NCBI GenBank assembly: GCA_963756075.1
Contig: CAVWMH010000010.1
Span: forward strand, 19,490-83,489
Length of the DNA stretch: 64,000 bases
Source: Candidatus Dormiibacterota bacterium
Lineage (GTDB): Bacteria > Chloroflexota > Dormibacteria > Aeolococcales > Aeolococcaceae
Direction of reading: 5' to 3'
A program made the translations under genes and the position numbers. How positions within the stretch are numbered: position 1 is the first letter of the stretch; each line of letters starts with the position of its first letter. Of the stretch, positions 27,882 through 37,900 are shown piece after piece. Below the pieces are notes generated by a model, which saw nothing but the letters and a program-made list of their open reading frames with translations, had not been told where the DNA came from and ran no database searches.

Positions 27882-28696
27882 GCGAAGGGCTGCCGCCGCT
27901 CGTCGACACCCACTGTCATCTCGTGCTGCTCGAGGAGCGCGGGCTGCTCCACGAAGCGCTTGACGGAGCGTCCGCCGCTGGAGTCGAGGAGATCATCTCG
28001 ATCGAACTCAACCTGGACGACTCCGATCACAACCGCCGGATCGCCGAGGAGCATCCCGGCGTGTACTTCACGTGCGGCTGGCATCCGCACGAACCGGTGC
28101 CACCCGACACCCGCCAGCTCGACTCGCTCGCCGAATTGCTCCGTCACCCGAAGGCGGTCGCGGTGGGGGAGGTGGGGCTCGATCTGTTCTTCCGTCCCGG
28201 GTACCACGAGGTCCCGCTCGACGTGCAGCAGCGTTCGTTCCGAGCGATGCTCGAGCTCGCCGCGGACGCCGGCAAGCCGGTGCTCATTCACGACCGCGAT
28301 GCGCATGACGAGGTGCTCGCCGCGATCGATGAGGTGCCCGGGAGCAGAGGGATCATGCATTGCTTCAGCGGTGACGCTGCGTTCGCCAGGCGTTGCGCCG
28401 ACCGCGGTTTCGTTGCGTCGTTCTCAGGCATCGTCACATTCCCGCGCTCCGATTCCATCCAGGACGCCGCCCGAACCGTCGCCGGCGACGGCTTCGTGGT
28501 CGAGACCGACTCACCGTTTCTCAGCCCGGTGCCGCAGCGCGGCAAACCGAACCTTCCCGAGCGCGTGGCGATCACCGCAGCGGCTGTGGCCCGTCTGCGC
28601 GAGGCATCGCTGGAGGAGGTGCGCGCCGCGACCACGCGCACCGCCCATCGCGTGCTCGGGATCACGACTCCCAGGACGGTCGCGGGCCGTGCCTGA
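27878..28696 (+). CDS. TatD-family metal-dependent hydrolase/DNase
   Basis: VDTHCHL, GEVGLDLF, VLIHDRDAH, IMHCFSG, ETDSPFL motifs. GTGA overlap with rsmI. Confidence 0.9.
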   Translation: MSEGLPPLVDTHCHLVLLEERGLLHEALDGASAAGVEEIISIELNLDDSDHNRRIAEEHPGVYFTCGWHPHEPVPPDTRQLDSLAELLRHPKAVAVGEVGLDLFFRPGYHEVPLDVQQRSFRAMLELAADAGKPVLIHDRDAHDEVLAAIDEVPGSRGIMHCFSGDAAFARRCADRGFVASFSGIVTFPRSDSIQDAARTVAGDGFVVETDSPFLSPVPQRGKPNLPERVAITAAAVARLREASLEEVRAATTRTAHRVLGITTPRTVAGRA

Positions 28697-29573
28697 GGGG
28701 GCACGTGCCGAACGCGCTCGCAGGCCACTCGATCTCACCGACCCGGGGACACTCACCGCCGTCGCCCGCCGGGTCGGCCTCCGCCGTGACACCAGCCTGG
28801 GCCAGCACTTCCTCATTGATCGTGAAGTGCTCGATGCCATCGTCGATGCTCTCGATCCCGGTCCCGACAGTGAGGTGCTCGAGATCGGCTGCGGACTCGG
28901 GACCCTCACCGGCGCGCTGGCAGCCCGAGCGCGCCGGGTGGTGGCGATCGACATCGATCCCGCCTGCGTTGCGGGAGCTGCGATCACCCAGCGCGCGAAT
29001 GCCAATGTCACGGTGCTCGAAGCCGATGCCCGTGTTGTCGACCCCACCGCGCTCGGCTTCACCGATGGATGGCTCGCGACGGGCAACCTCCCGTACCAGC
29101 TGACCGGCCTCGTGCTGATGCGCCTGGTGGAGGCCGCCCAACCGCCGGCGCGCGCGGTCGTCCTCGTCCAGCGCGAGGTGGCCGCGCGGCTCGCCGCGGG
29201 CCCCGGCGATTGGAGCCTCGCCACCGTCGCGATCCGCTCGCTCGCCGAGGTCGAGCGCATCCGCGACGTGCCGCCGAGCGCGTTCGACCCGCCGCCCGCG
29301 GTGCACTCGTCGATCATCAGGATCGTTCCGTCGCCGACGCCAGACCCGGCGATCCGCAGGGCGGTGCTCGCGCTTGCCAAGCCACTTTTTCAGTCGCGGC
29401 GCAAGACGTTGCGCAACGGCGTGTCGCGGGCGCTTGGGGGCGACCTGGCCGGCGCGGGTGTCGCACTCGCGGACGCGGGCATCGATCCGGGGCGCCGGCC
29501 GGGTACGCTTCGCCTCGATGAGTGGGAACTCCTCGCTCGCGCAGTCGCCGAGGTGAAGTTGGTCACCCGATGA
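28689..29573 (+). CDS. rsmA: 16S rRNA (adenine1518/1519-N6)-dimethyltransferase
   Basis: LGQHFLIDREVLDAIV, VLEIGCGLGTLT, GNLPYQ motifs. Start GTG 28689 (or 28705), in frame with ORF 27960..29573. Confidence 0.9.
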   Translation: MPEGARAERARRPLDLTDPGTLTAVARRVGLRRDTSLGQHFLIDREVLDAIVDALDPGPDSEVLEIGCGLGTLTGALAARARRVVAIDIDPACVAGAAITQRANANVTVLEADARVVDPTALGFTDGWLATGNLPYQLTGLVLMRLVEAAQPPARAVVLVQREVAARLAAGPGDWSLATVAIRSLAEVERIRDVPPSAFDPPPAVHSSIIRIVPSPTPDPAIRRAVLALAKPLFQSRRKTLRNGVSRALGGDLAGAGVALADAGIDPGRRPGTLRLDEWELLARAVAEVKLVTR

Positions 29574-30967
29574 GGCAGCCCATCACCAGCGCCGCAACCG
29601 AGCCCGACGACGACAGCGCGGTCGCGCCGCTCCACGCCGCGCGCCCCGCGATCGCCGCTGCCTCGGAGCAACGCCGGGGCTTCGCCGCCGTGCTCCGGCG
29701 TCGCGACTTTCGCTACCTCTGGGGCGCCCAGCTTGCGTCGCAGCTCGCCGACAAGTTCCTCATGTTCACCCTGCTCGTCTTCATGTACACGCTCACCGGG
29801 CGCGCGTCGCTGCAGTCGGTGCTGATGATCGCGTACACGCTTCCGAGCGTCCTGCTCAGCGCTCCGGCCGGTGTGTACGCGGATCGACACGACAAACGCC
29901 TGCTCATGGTCGGCACCAATGTCGTTCGCGGCGCGCTCATTCTGTTGATCCCGCTCGCGCAGATCATCCCGGTGCTGCGGGGTCAGGCATGGCCGTTGAT
30001 CGTGATCACGTTGCTCTTCAGCTCAGCCGGCCAGATCTTCGCCCCGGCCGAGGCGGCGAGCATTCCGACGCTGGTGAGCCGGCACCAGATCACCGAGGCC
30101 ACGTCGCTGTTCATGACCACGGTGATCCTGACGCTGGTGCTCGGCGTCCCCGCCGCGACCATCGCGATCGGCCTCCTCGGCAATCTGGCGCCGTTCTACA
30201 TCGCCGCCGGATTGTTCGGGCTCGCGGCGCTGTCGGTGTGGAAGGTGAGCGTCAGCCTGCGCGCAGAACCGGTCAGCAGCGGACCGTCACCGAACATCCT
30301 CCGTGAGCTGCGCGACGGCATCGACATCCTTCGGCGCAGCCCACCACTTCGTCTCGGTCTCTACGAGCTCGCACTCGCGATCGTGGTGGTCTTCACGGTG
30401 TTCGCGCTCGGACCCGTCTACCTCGTGGAGGTGCTCAACCGCTCGGACGATCAGACCTACATCGTCCTCGTTCCGGCCATGTTCGGCCTTATCGCCACCG
30501 CCGGGATGCTCGCGCAGCGCCCGAATTTCCCACGCGCCAAGACGCTGGTCGCGGCGATCAGCGGGGCCGGTCTGTCGCTGCTGATCATGGGCATCGTCCC
30601 GGATGTGCTCCGCACCCACGGACTCGCCGCATTCATGGTCCCGCTGGCCGCTGCCGTGGGAGTGCTCTTCGGCTGCGCACTCGGTGCGATGCTCATCCCG
30701 GGCTTCACCGTTCTCCAGGAGCGCACAAATACCGAGAGCCGCGGACGAATCTTTGGGGGCATCTTCACCGTCATCAACGCTTCGGTGGCCATCCCCCTGC
30801 TGCTCGCCGGTGTCGTCTCCGACCTGATCGGCGTCGCTCGAGTGGTCGCCGCACTTGGCGCGATCCTCATCCTCATCGCCGCCGCGGTCAGGTGGTTTGG
30901 GTGGCAGCGCCTCCAGGTCCTCGAACCGGACCGAGCACCAGCTGCGGCGAGCGTCGACCAGACCTGA
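29570..30967 (+). CDS. MFS transporter
   Basis: About 465 aa, about 12 predicted TM helices. FRYLWGAQLASQLADKF and GVYADRHDKRLLM motifs typical of the MFS_3/enterobactin-exporter-like subgroup. ATGA overlap with rsmA. Confidence 0.85.
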   Translation: MRQPITSAATEPDDDSAVAPLHAARPAIAAASEQRRGFAAVLRRRDFRYLWGAQLASQLADKFLMFTLLVFMYTLTGRASLQSVLMIAYTLPSVLLSAPAGVYADRHDKRLLMVGTNVVRGALILLIPLAQIIPVLRGQAWPLIVITLLFSSAGQIFAPAEAASIPTLVSRHQITEATSLFMTTVILTLVLGVPAATIAIGLLGNLAPFYIAAGLFGLAALSVWKVSVSLRAEPVSSGPSPNILRELRDGIDILRRSPPLRLGLYELALAIVVVFTVFALGPVYLVEVLNRSDDQTYIVLVPAMFGLIATAGMLAQRPNFPRAKTLVAAISGAGLSLLIMGIVPDVLRTHGLAAFMVPLAAAVGVLFGCALGAMLIPGFTVLQERTNTESRGRIFGGIFTVINASVAIPLLLAGVVSDLIGVARVVAALGAILILIAAAVRWFGWQRLQVLEPDRAPAAASVDQT

Positions 30968-31080
30968 TCGCAAATCTGCAACGACGGTGTCGCGGACTCG
31001 TGGATTGGGCAGCGCTCCCTGAGCCTGGTGGCAAGCTCCGAGGCCTTGCGGGCCGGATTGGCCGACCCGGCGGAGGAGTG

Positions 31081-31272
31081 ATGCGAGCGGTCGTCACGTG
31101 TGAGTGCTGCGGGCACCGGCAGGCTATTGCCCGCCAGATCGTCCGACCCGAGTTGTTCAACCTCGTCTGCCACAGCTGCGAGGGTGTGCTCCGGGTCGAG
31201 GTGACCATCAGCGACCTCGAGGCCGCCCAGCACGCAACCGGCAAGAAGACCCAGCCCGTCGCCTGGGTCTGA
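31081..31272 (+). CDS. small CxxC...CxxC zinc-ribbon protein (63 aa)
   Basis: MRAVVTCECCGHRQAIARQIVRPELFNLVCHSCEGVLRVEV. GGAGGAG lies just upstream of the ATG. A GC hairpin (CGCCCC-ggggg-CGGGGCG) follows the stop. Confidence 0.5.
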   Translation: MRAVVTCECCGHRQAIARQIVRPELFNLVCHSCEGVLRVEVTISDLEAAQHATGKKTQPVAWV

Positions 31273-31347
31273 GTCAGCGACGCCCCGGGGGCGGGGCGAA
31301 GGCACTGGTATCATCGACGGCGGTCACGCTTGCCGATGGCTAACCAG

Positions 31348-31424
31348 GGGCGCATAGCTCAGTTGGTACGAGCGCTGCGTTGACATCGCAGAGGTCATAG
31401 GTTCGATCCCTATTGCGCCCACCA
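31348..31424 (+). tRNA. tRNA-Val (anticodon GAC), CCA encoded
   Basis: Hand-folded cloverleaf. Acceptor GGGCGCA/TGCGCCC, D arm GCTC-AGTTGGTAC-GAGC, anticodon arm CTGCG-TTGACAT-CGCAG, T arm ATAGG-TTCGATC-CCTAT, discriminator A, CCA. Confidence 0.95.
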
Positions 31425-31475
31425 TATTGTGTCCGCAACAGGTTTGGCGGCATTCGCCGCTGGTGGCGCAGCTCG

Positions 31476-31781
31476 GTCAACTGCCGTGCCCTGCCGGGTC
31501 ATGCCGAGGCGCTACCGCTGCCGAACGCGTCCGTCGATGCCGTGCTGGCCGGCCCTGCCCTGCACTGGTTCGACATGGACGTGGCGGGGCCCGAGATAGG
31601 CGGAGTCCTCGCACCCGGCGGCATGCTGGCCTGCCTGTGGAACGTCGTCGACAACCCGATCGACTGGGTTGCCGAGCTCGAGCGCGTCAGCGCGGCACGA
31701 CGCGCGGCTGCACGTTTCAACTCCACGACCTGCGCGCGGTCTATGGACACGCCCACGGCCCAAGAATCCCCAGGGCGGTGA
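31476..31781 (+). pseudogene. 5'-truncated remnant of a class I SAM-dependent methyltransferase
   Basis: Only the post-motif-II part is present (GHAEALPLPNASVDAVLAGPALHWFD...EIGGVLAPGGMLACLWN). No SAM-binding GxGxG motif lies upstream. The ORF-track start runs into the tRNA. The 3' part overlaps a convergent gene. Confidence 0.55.
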
Positions 31782-32901
31782 CTGGGGGCGTGGGCTCGCC
31801 ACCGACGAATGTCAGGTTTACGGCCACGTCCCCGGATCGCCCATCGTTTCCTGACACATGCAACGTGCCGCTCACGGATTGCCAGAACGCCCCCGTCTGA
31901 TACTCACGGACAGCGACTTTTGCCTTTCCGTCGTTCACGCCAAGGCCGCTGCTCCACGGCGCCAGGTAATAGTCGCCGCGGCCTCGGTAGGCGCCGTCGA
32001 TGGACAGATAGAGCAAGTACTGATGGGACGTGCCTCGCAGCGTGAGGACGACGTCCAGCGTGCTCCCTGACACGGTGCAATTGTGCGTGAGACTGGGCGC
32101 GTGGACGGCGCAATCGTTGAAGGCGCCACTGAGCCGCAACTCACCTGCCGAACAAGAAGCTGGTTGCGTGGCCGGGGCAACCACTGTTTGAAACACGATG
32201 TCGTACGAGAAGCTGAGGCCGTCAACCTGCACCGCGTAACAACCCGGCTGCTGCACCAAGAAAGAAGTCGGCACCGAGCGGTATCCGTTCGTCGTGTTGA
32301 TCGTCGCTATCGGCGGCACAACCAGGGACGCGGTGAGCGCGGGCGGATTACCAAGTATCAGGGGACTTGGCCCGTCGAGCTGGTGGCCGCGCACGATCCA
32401 GGGCCCCTGGTAGGAGGGCTCGCTGAACCAGATCGTCATCGCGTCCGGGCTGTACCACGGCGGCATCGATGGGTCTCGAGCAATGGGCACGACCGCTGCG
32501 CTCAAGAGGCGAACCGGCCCGGAGCCCAGCGCCGGGCCGCCAAAGGCGCTGGTAGTTGCTTCGACCTCTGCCGACGTCGGGCAGCGGCCGTTCGCCTGAA
32601 GCACCGGTAGCCGGAGCGGGCGCAACAAGGCAGCGGGGAGTCTCGTCTGAGGGTCGGGCAGCGTGGGATCGTTTGGGTTGCAGACGCTCGCCTCGAAGTA
32701 GCAGGCCTGCCAGTACGTCATCGGAGCCGGGTAGCCGTAAACAAGTTGAGTGGGCACCGGCGCTGGCGCCCTGGTCTCAACGGGAGGGGTCGGCCTGCTG
32801 CTCAGGCCAGCGTGAAGCCCATAGACGACCAGTGGTATCGCCACCACGGCTCCCAGCAGCGCCCAGGTCACACGCCGCGAACCACCCATGGCCTGCATCA
32901 T
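31741..32901 (-). CDS. exported/membrane-anchored Cys-rich protein, no recognisable domain
   Basis: 386 aa. N-terminal signal anchor (RRVTWALLGAVVAIPLVVYGL), Pro-rich stretch, 9 Cys, beta-rich C-terminal half. G+C looks lower than its neighbours. Confidence 0.65.
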   Translation of the reverse strand: MMQAMGGSRRVTWALLGAVVAIPLVVYGLHAGLSSRPTPPVETRAPAPVPTQLVYGYPAPMTYWQACYFEASVCNPNDPTLPDPQTRLPAALLRPLRLPVLQANGRCPTSAEVEATTSAFGGPALGSGPVRLLSAAVVPIARDPSMPPWYSPDAMTIWFSEPSYQGPWIVRGHQLDGPSPLILGNPPALTASLVVPPIATINTTNGYRSVPTSFLVQQPGCYAVQVDGLSFSYDIVFQTVVAPATQPASCSAGELRLSGAFNDCAVHAPSLTHNCTVSGSTLDVVLTLRGTSHQYLLYLSIDGAYRGRGDYYLAPWSSGLGVNDGKAKVAVREYQTGAFWQSVSGTLHVSGNDGRSGDVAVNLTFVGGEPTPPVTALGILGPWACP

Positions 32902-33097
32902 GCACCGGGCCTCGCCGGCGGGCGGGGGCGTGTGGGCTACGGTGTCGGGGGACGCAGGCGCTACTGGCCCGGCGTATGCCAGGGAGATTGGGACGCCGGC
33001 AATGGGCGCGGCATGCGACGCGCCGAGAAGTTATTGCTGGAGATGTCTATAACTCGCTGCGGGACCACATTGTCCGTGGCATGGGCGAACAGGTGTT

Positions 33098-33106
33098 TGG
33101 TATAAT
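33098..33106 (+). promoter_or_regulatory. extended -10 element (TGgTATAAT), 6 nt upstream of the HNH gene ATG (leaderless-type promoter)
   Basis: TATAAT at 33101-33106 preceded by TGG. ATG at 33113. No Shine-Dalgarno is possible in the 6-nt gap. Confidence 0.5.
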
Positions 33107-33112
33107 CTGTGG

Positions 33113-34327
33113 ATGGAAGCGTTCGCGATCCCGGATGCGCGAGACCGTCTCGATGACGCCGTCGATGGGCTGGTTGGCGAGTCGATCGATGACTTCTCGA
33201 CGCACGCTCTCGGCGAGGATCTGGTCGACATCCGGCGCGCGATCGATCGCCTCGAAGCCGAGTTCCTCCGGCGCCTGCACCGCTTCGACCGCGCTCATGG
33301 AGCGGTGGCGGCCGGCGGGGTGAGCACGGTGTCCTGGGTGCGAGCCTGCTGCGGCATGACCGTGAAGGCAGCCGCGTACCGGGTCCACCTGGCCCGGACC
33401 CTGGGTCAGCTGCCGGCGACGCTCGACAGCGCCCGGGCCGGGCGCGCCTCCTTCAGCAACGTGACCATGATCGCCCACCTCGCCGAGGACGTCGGGGTGG
33501 AGCAGCTGGCCCCGTACGAGTCCATCCTGGTGGGCGCCGCGGAGACGCTCGAGCCCGGTGCCATGCGCACCCTCACCCAGGCCACCCGGCTGCGGCTCGA
33601 TCCCGACGGCGTGCTCGCCGACGACAACCACGCCCACGAGCGCCGCTGGTTCGAATGCGACCAGACCTATGGCGGGGTGTTCGTGCTGCGTGGCGAGCTC
33701 GATGCCGAGGGCGGCGCGCTGCTGAAGACCGCGATCGATGCGCTCAGTCACGGGATGCGCCGTGGCGAGACCCGGACCGGGTCGCAGCGCCGGGCCGACG
33801 CGCTCGTCGACCTGGCCGCCACCCAGCTGCGCTGCGGTGAGCACCGCGACGTGCACGGGCAGCGGCCCCATCTCACGGTGACGGTGCACGCGGACACGCT
33901 GCGCACTGGTTCGGATGCAGCGCCGGCCGAGTTGCGCGGGGTGGGGCCGATCCACCCGGAGACCGCGCGTCGCATCGCCTGTGACGCGGTGCGGACGGTG
34001 GTGACGGTTGCGCCGCCTGCTGACGGTGCAGCCTTGACGGCGCCAAGCACGAGTGCAATGCCGCTTTCGGTCGGACGGGCCACGCGCACGATCCCGGCAC
34101 ACATCCGCACCGCGCTCCGGCTGCGCGACGATGGCTGCCGTTTCCCGGGGTGCGACCGACCGCCGGCGTGGACCGATGGCCACCACGTCATCCACTGGTC
34201 GGACGGTGGTCCCACCGAGCTCGACAACCTGGTCTCGCTGTGCCGGCCGCACCACCGTGCGGTGCACGAGCAGGGGTGGCGCATTCACATCGCTGACGGA
34301 CTTGCCGTCGTTGAACCGCCGCCCTGA
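33113..34327 (+). CDS. DUF222 + HNH endonuclease domain protein (13E12-repeat-like family)
   Basis: 404 aa. N-terminal DUF222-like region (IDRLEAEFLRRLHRFD). C-terminal HNH (CRFPGCDRPPAWTDGHHVIHWSDGGPTELDNLVSLCRPHHRAVH). Confidence 0.9.
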   Translation: MEAFAIPDARDRLDDAVDGLVGESIDDFSTHALGEDLVDIRRAIDRLEAEFLRRLHRFDRAHGAVAAGGVSTVSWVRACCGMTVKAAAYRVHLARTLGQLPATLDSARAGRASFSNVTMIAHLAEDVGVEQLAPYESILVGAAETLEPGAMRTLTQATRLRLDPDGVLADDNHAHERRWFECDQTYGGVFVLRGELDAEGGALLKTAIDALSHGMRRGETRTGSQRRADALVDLAATQLRCGEHRDVHGQRPHLTVTVHADTLRTGSDAAPAELRGVGPIHPETARRIACDAVRTVVTVAPPADGAALTAPSTSAMPLSVGRATRTIPAHIRTALRLRDDGCRFPGCDRPPAWTDGHHVIHWSDGGPTELDNLVSLCRPHHRAVHEQGWRIHIADGLAVVEPPP

Positions 34328-34481
34328 CGAAGCACTACATCACCAGGTGGGCGCCTACTTGGCGCCGTCTCGCTTGGCTTCGTGACAGGCTGTCGCAGCA
34401 GGCGTGGCGCTTGACCGGCAACGATCCAAAGTGCCATGGTCACCGGTCGCAGGTCAGCGTCGTTAGGCGGAGGTGATACCG

Positions 34482-34889
34482 ATGGCACAGGTGACAACAG
34501 AGCATCCAAACGCGACGCTTTTCCGTCGTGGCTATGAGGCGTTCAACGCTGGTGACATGGACACGATCCGCGGGCTGTTCGACGAGCACATCGTCTGGCA
34601 CACGGGAGGCCGCAGCCGGTTCAGCCGCGACGCGCACGGCATCGACGAGACGCTCGGATTCTTCCTGGAGCTGGTTCAGGCGTCAGACGGCACCTTCCAC
34701 CTCGACATCCACGACATCGTCGCGAACGACGATCACGCGGTGGCGCTGGTTACATCGCACCAGGAGATCGGCGGGGTCAAATACCAGGACCTGGGCGCGC
34801 ATGTCGTGCACATGAGGGACGGCAAGGTGACCGAGTCCTGGTTCTTCGCCTGGAACCCGTACCAGCAGGACGAGCTCTTCCCGCGCTGA
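34482..34889 (+). CDS. SnoaL-like / NTF2-fold protein
   Basis: NATLFRRGYEAFNAGDMDTIRGLFDEHIVWH... pattern. GGAGG lies 9 nt upstream of ATG 34482. The ORF-track start 34473 overlaps the SD. Confidence 0.8.
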   Translation: MAQVTTEHPNATLFRRGYEAFNAGDMDTIRGLFDEHIVWHTGGRSRFSRDAHGIDETLGFFLELVQASDGTFHLDIHDIVANDDHAVALVTSHQEIGGVKYQDLGAHVVHMRDGKVTESWFFAWNPYQQDELFPR

Positions 34890-34935
34890 GGAGGGCTAGC
34901 GCAAGCCCCAGCGCTTCCCATAACACCCGCGTCTG

Positions 34936-37900
34936 ATGACAGGTGCGGGCGCCGGAACGTACCCTTGGGACGTGATCTGCCCATCCTGCGGCGTCGAGAA
35001 CCAGGGCAAGCGGTTCTGCATCAACTGCGGCAGCGCACTCGCGAGAGCCTGCCCATCGTGCGGGGCCGCAATCGGCACCCGCAACTCATTCTGCGGAGAC
35101 TGCGGCGCCGACCTTCGGGCAGGTTCGCGCGACGGCACCCAATCCCTGAACAACCCGGCGGCGCGGGTCCGCCCGGCTGAGGCATCGCCCACCTCGGAGC
35201 GCCGCCACGTCAGCGTGCTCTTCGCCGACCTGGTCGGCTTCACGTCGCTGTCCGGCCAGCGCGACGCCGAGGACGTCCGTGAGCTGCTGAGCCAGTACTT
35301 CGCCACCGCGAGAACTGTCGTCGGCCGCTACGGCGGCACCATCGAGAAGTTCATCGGGGACGCGGTGATGGCGGTCTGGGGCGTCCCGCTCTCCCAGGAG
35401 GACGATGCCGAGCGAGCGGTTCGCGCCGCGCTGGAGCTCGTCGATGCCGTGAGCGCATTCGGCGAAACCGTCGGCGTCCCCGGGTTGCGAGCCCGGGCGG
35501 GCGTGCTCACAGGGGAAGCGGCCGTAAACCTCGGCGTCACCGGCGAGGGGATGGTCGCGGGGGACATGGTCAACATGGCGTCGCGCGTCCAGACTGCCGC
35601 CGCGCCGGGAACAGTTCTCGTAGGGCGAGGCCACATGGCGGGCGACCACCGCGGCGATCCGCTACGAGGATGCGGGATCGCATGAGCTCAAGGGCAAGCC
35701 GGAGCCGGTGCAGCTCTGGCGCGCCACCGGCGTCGTTGCCGCGAGAGGCGGCGCGCTTCGGCCGACCGGGCTCGAGGCGCCCTTCGTCGGACGCGACCGG
35801 GAGCTGCGCGTGCTCAAGGAACTCCTGCATGCGACCTCGGAGGAGGGCAAGGCACGCCTGCTGTCGATCACCGGCGTCGGCGGCGTCGGCAAGTCACGGC
35901 TCGCGTGGGAGTTCGAAAAATATGTGGACGGGCTCAGCGAGGGCATCTGGTGGCATCGGGGCCGGTGCCTGAGCTATGGCGAAGGTGTCGCCTATTCGGC
36001 GCTTGCGGAGATGGTCCGGATGCGCGCTGGCATTGCCGAGAACGAGGCCGCCGAGAGCGCTCGCCAGAAGCTCCAGACGTGCGTCCAGAGCTTCCTGCCG
36101 GACGCCGCTGAGCGTCAGTGGGTGGAGCCACGGCTCGCCCATCTGCTCGGTCTCGAGGAGCTTGCGTCCAGCGATCCCCGCGATCTCTATGCCGCCTGGC
36201 GAGTGTTCTTCGAACGCCTCGCCTCCGAGGGGCTGACTGTCCTGCTCTTCGGGGACCTGCAGTGGGCCGACCCCGGCCTGTTCGACTTCATCGACTACCT
36301 GCTGGATTGGTCTCGGGCGTCGCCGATCCTGGTGCTGACGTTGTCCCGACCCGAGCTGTCCGAGCGGCGCCCGGGCTGGGGAACCGGGAAGCGAGCCTTC
36401 ACGTCGCTCTATCTGGAGCCGCTCTCCGACGACGCCATGGCCCAGCTGCTCGAGGGGTTGGTTCCGGGCCTCCCCGCAGAGCTCGCCGCTCGGGTGCGAG
36501 AGCGTGCGGCGGGGATCCCGCTGTATGCCATGGAGACCGTGCGGATGCTGCTCGACCGTGGGCTGGTCGTTGAGCGCGACGGCGTCTACCGCGCGGTCGG
36601 GCACCTGCAGGAGCTCGAAGTGCCGGAGAGCCTCCACGCGCTCATCGCCGCGCGGCTGGACAGCCTCAGCCCCGAAGAGCGTCAGCTCGCGCAGGACGCG
36701 GCGGTGCTCGGCAAGTCGTTCACTCCGGCGGCGCTTGCTGCGATCACCGGGCTTCCCGAGGAGGTTGTTGAACCGCGGCTTCGCGCCCTCGCCGACAAGG
36801 ATCTTCTGGCGATTCAGTCCGATCCGCGCTCGCCGGAACGAGGCCAATACGTCTTCGTCCAGGACCTCGTTCGCACGGTCGCCTACGGAACGCTCGCGCG
36901 TCGCGATCGCAAGTTGCGGCACCTGGCCGTCGCCGACTACATGACCAGCTCATGGGGTGACGAGGATGACATCGCCGAAGTCGTCGCCTCGCACCTGGTC
37001 GAGGCCTACGATGCCGACCCGAGCGCGCCCGATGCCGGCGAGATCGGCGCACGCGCGCGCGGCGCGCTGGTGCGAGCGGCACAGCATGCCACCTCCCTTG
37101 GCGGGCCGGAGTCCGCCTTCCGATACTACGAGCGCGCGCTCGAGTTGGCGGACGATGACTCGCGCGCGGACCTGCACCTCAGCGCCGCGGTTGCGGCCAG
37201 GCGGCTCGGGCAGTTCGAGCGGGCTCGCGATTCACCTCGAGAGCGCACTCGACCTCTACGACGTGGCCTCGCAAACGCTGCGCCACGTGGAGGCGCTCGG
37301 GGAGCTGGCCACGGTTGAGGGCCGTTCAGGGCAGCGAGACATGCAACTGCAGCACCTCGACGAAGCCCTCGCCCTGCTCAAGGGGCTTCCGGCGAGCGAA
37401 GCGACCGACGCCCTGACGGCGTTGCTCGAGGTGCGGGTGGCGCGAACGCTGTTATTCAGCATTGAGTCGGAGGGCGCGCTCGAGCATGCCGATCGCGGAC
37501 TGCGACTGGCCGAGCGCGCGCAGCTCTGGGACGTGCTGGCTGCAGGGCTCGAGACCAGGAGCGGGGTCCTGGCGTCACTCGGCCGGCGCGTCGAGAGCGA
37601 AGCCCTCATGACCGCGGCATTGAAGGTCGCCGAGGAGCACGATCTGACCGAGCGAGCGGGGTCCTGTTACATGGGGCTCGCGACGCTCCTGGAGGAGGAC
37701 GACAAGATCGAGGAGTCGCTCGCGGCCTATCGGCAGGCCGAGGAGTTCATGCAGCGGCTCGGCGACCGACCCACCATGGTCGGCGCTCGGTTGAACAGGA
37801 TCCAGGGTCTGCTCGATCTCGGCCGCTGGGACGAAGCCGAGGCAATTCACACGCAATACGTCGAGGCCGAGATACCCGAGATGGGCTTGGATTGGGATCT

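Noticed and set aside
31348-34889. Calling the tRNA-Val-adjacent patch an intact genomic island or prophage (mobile_element feature)
   Set aside because: No integrase/recombinase, no phage structural or conjugation genes, and no direct repeat of the tRNA 3' end found by eye. Only a scar-like context can be supported.
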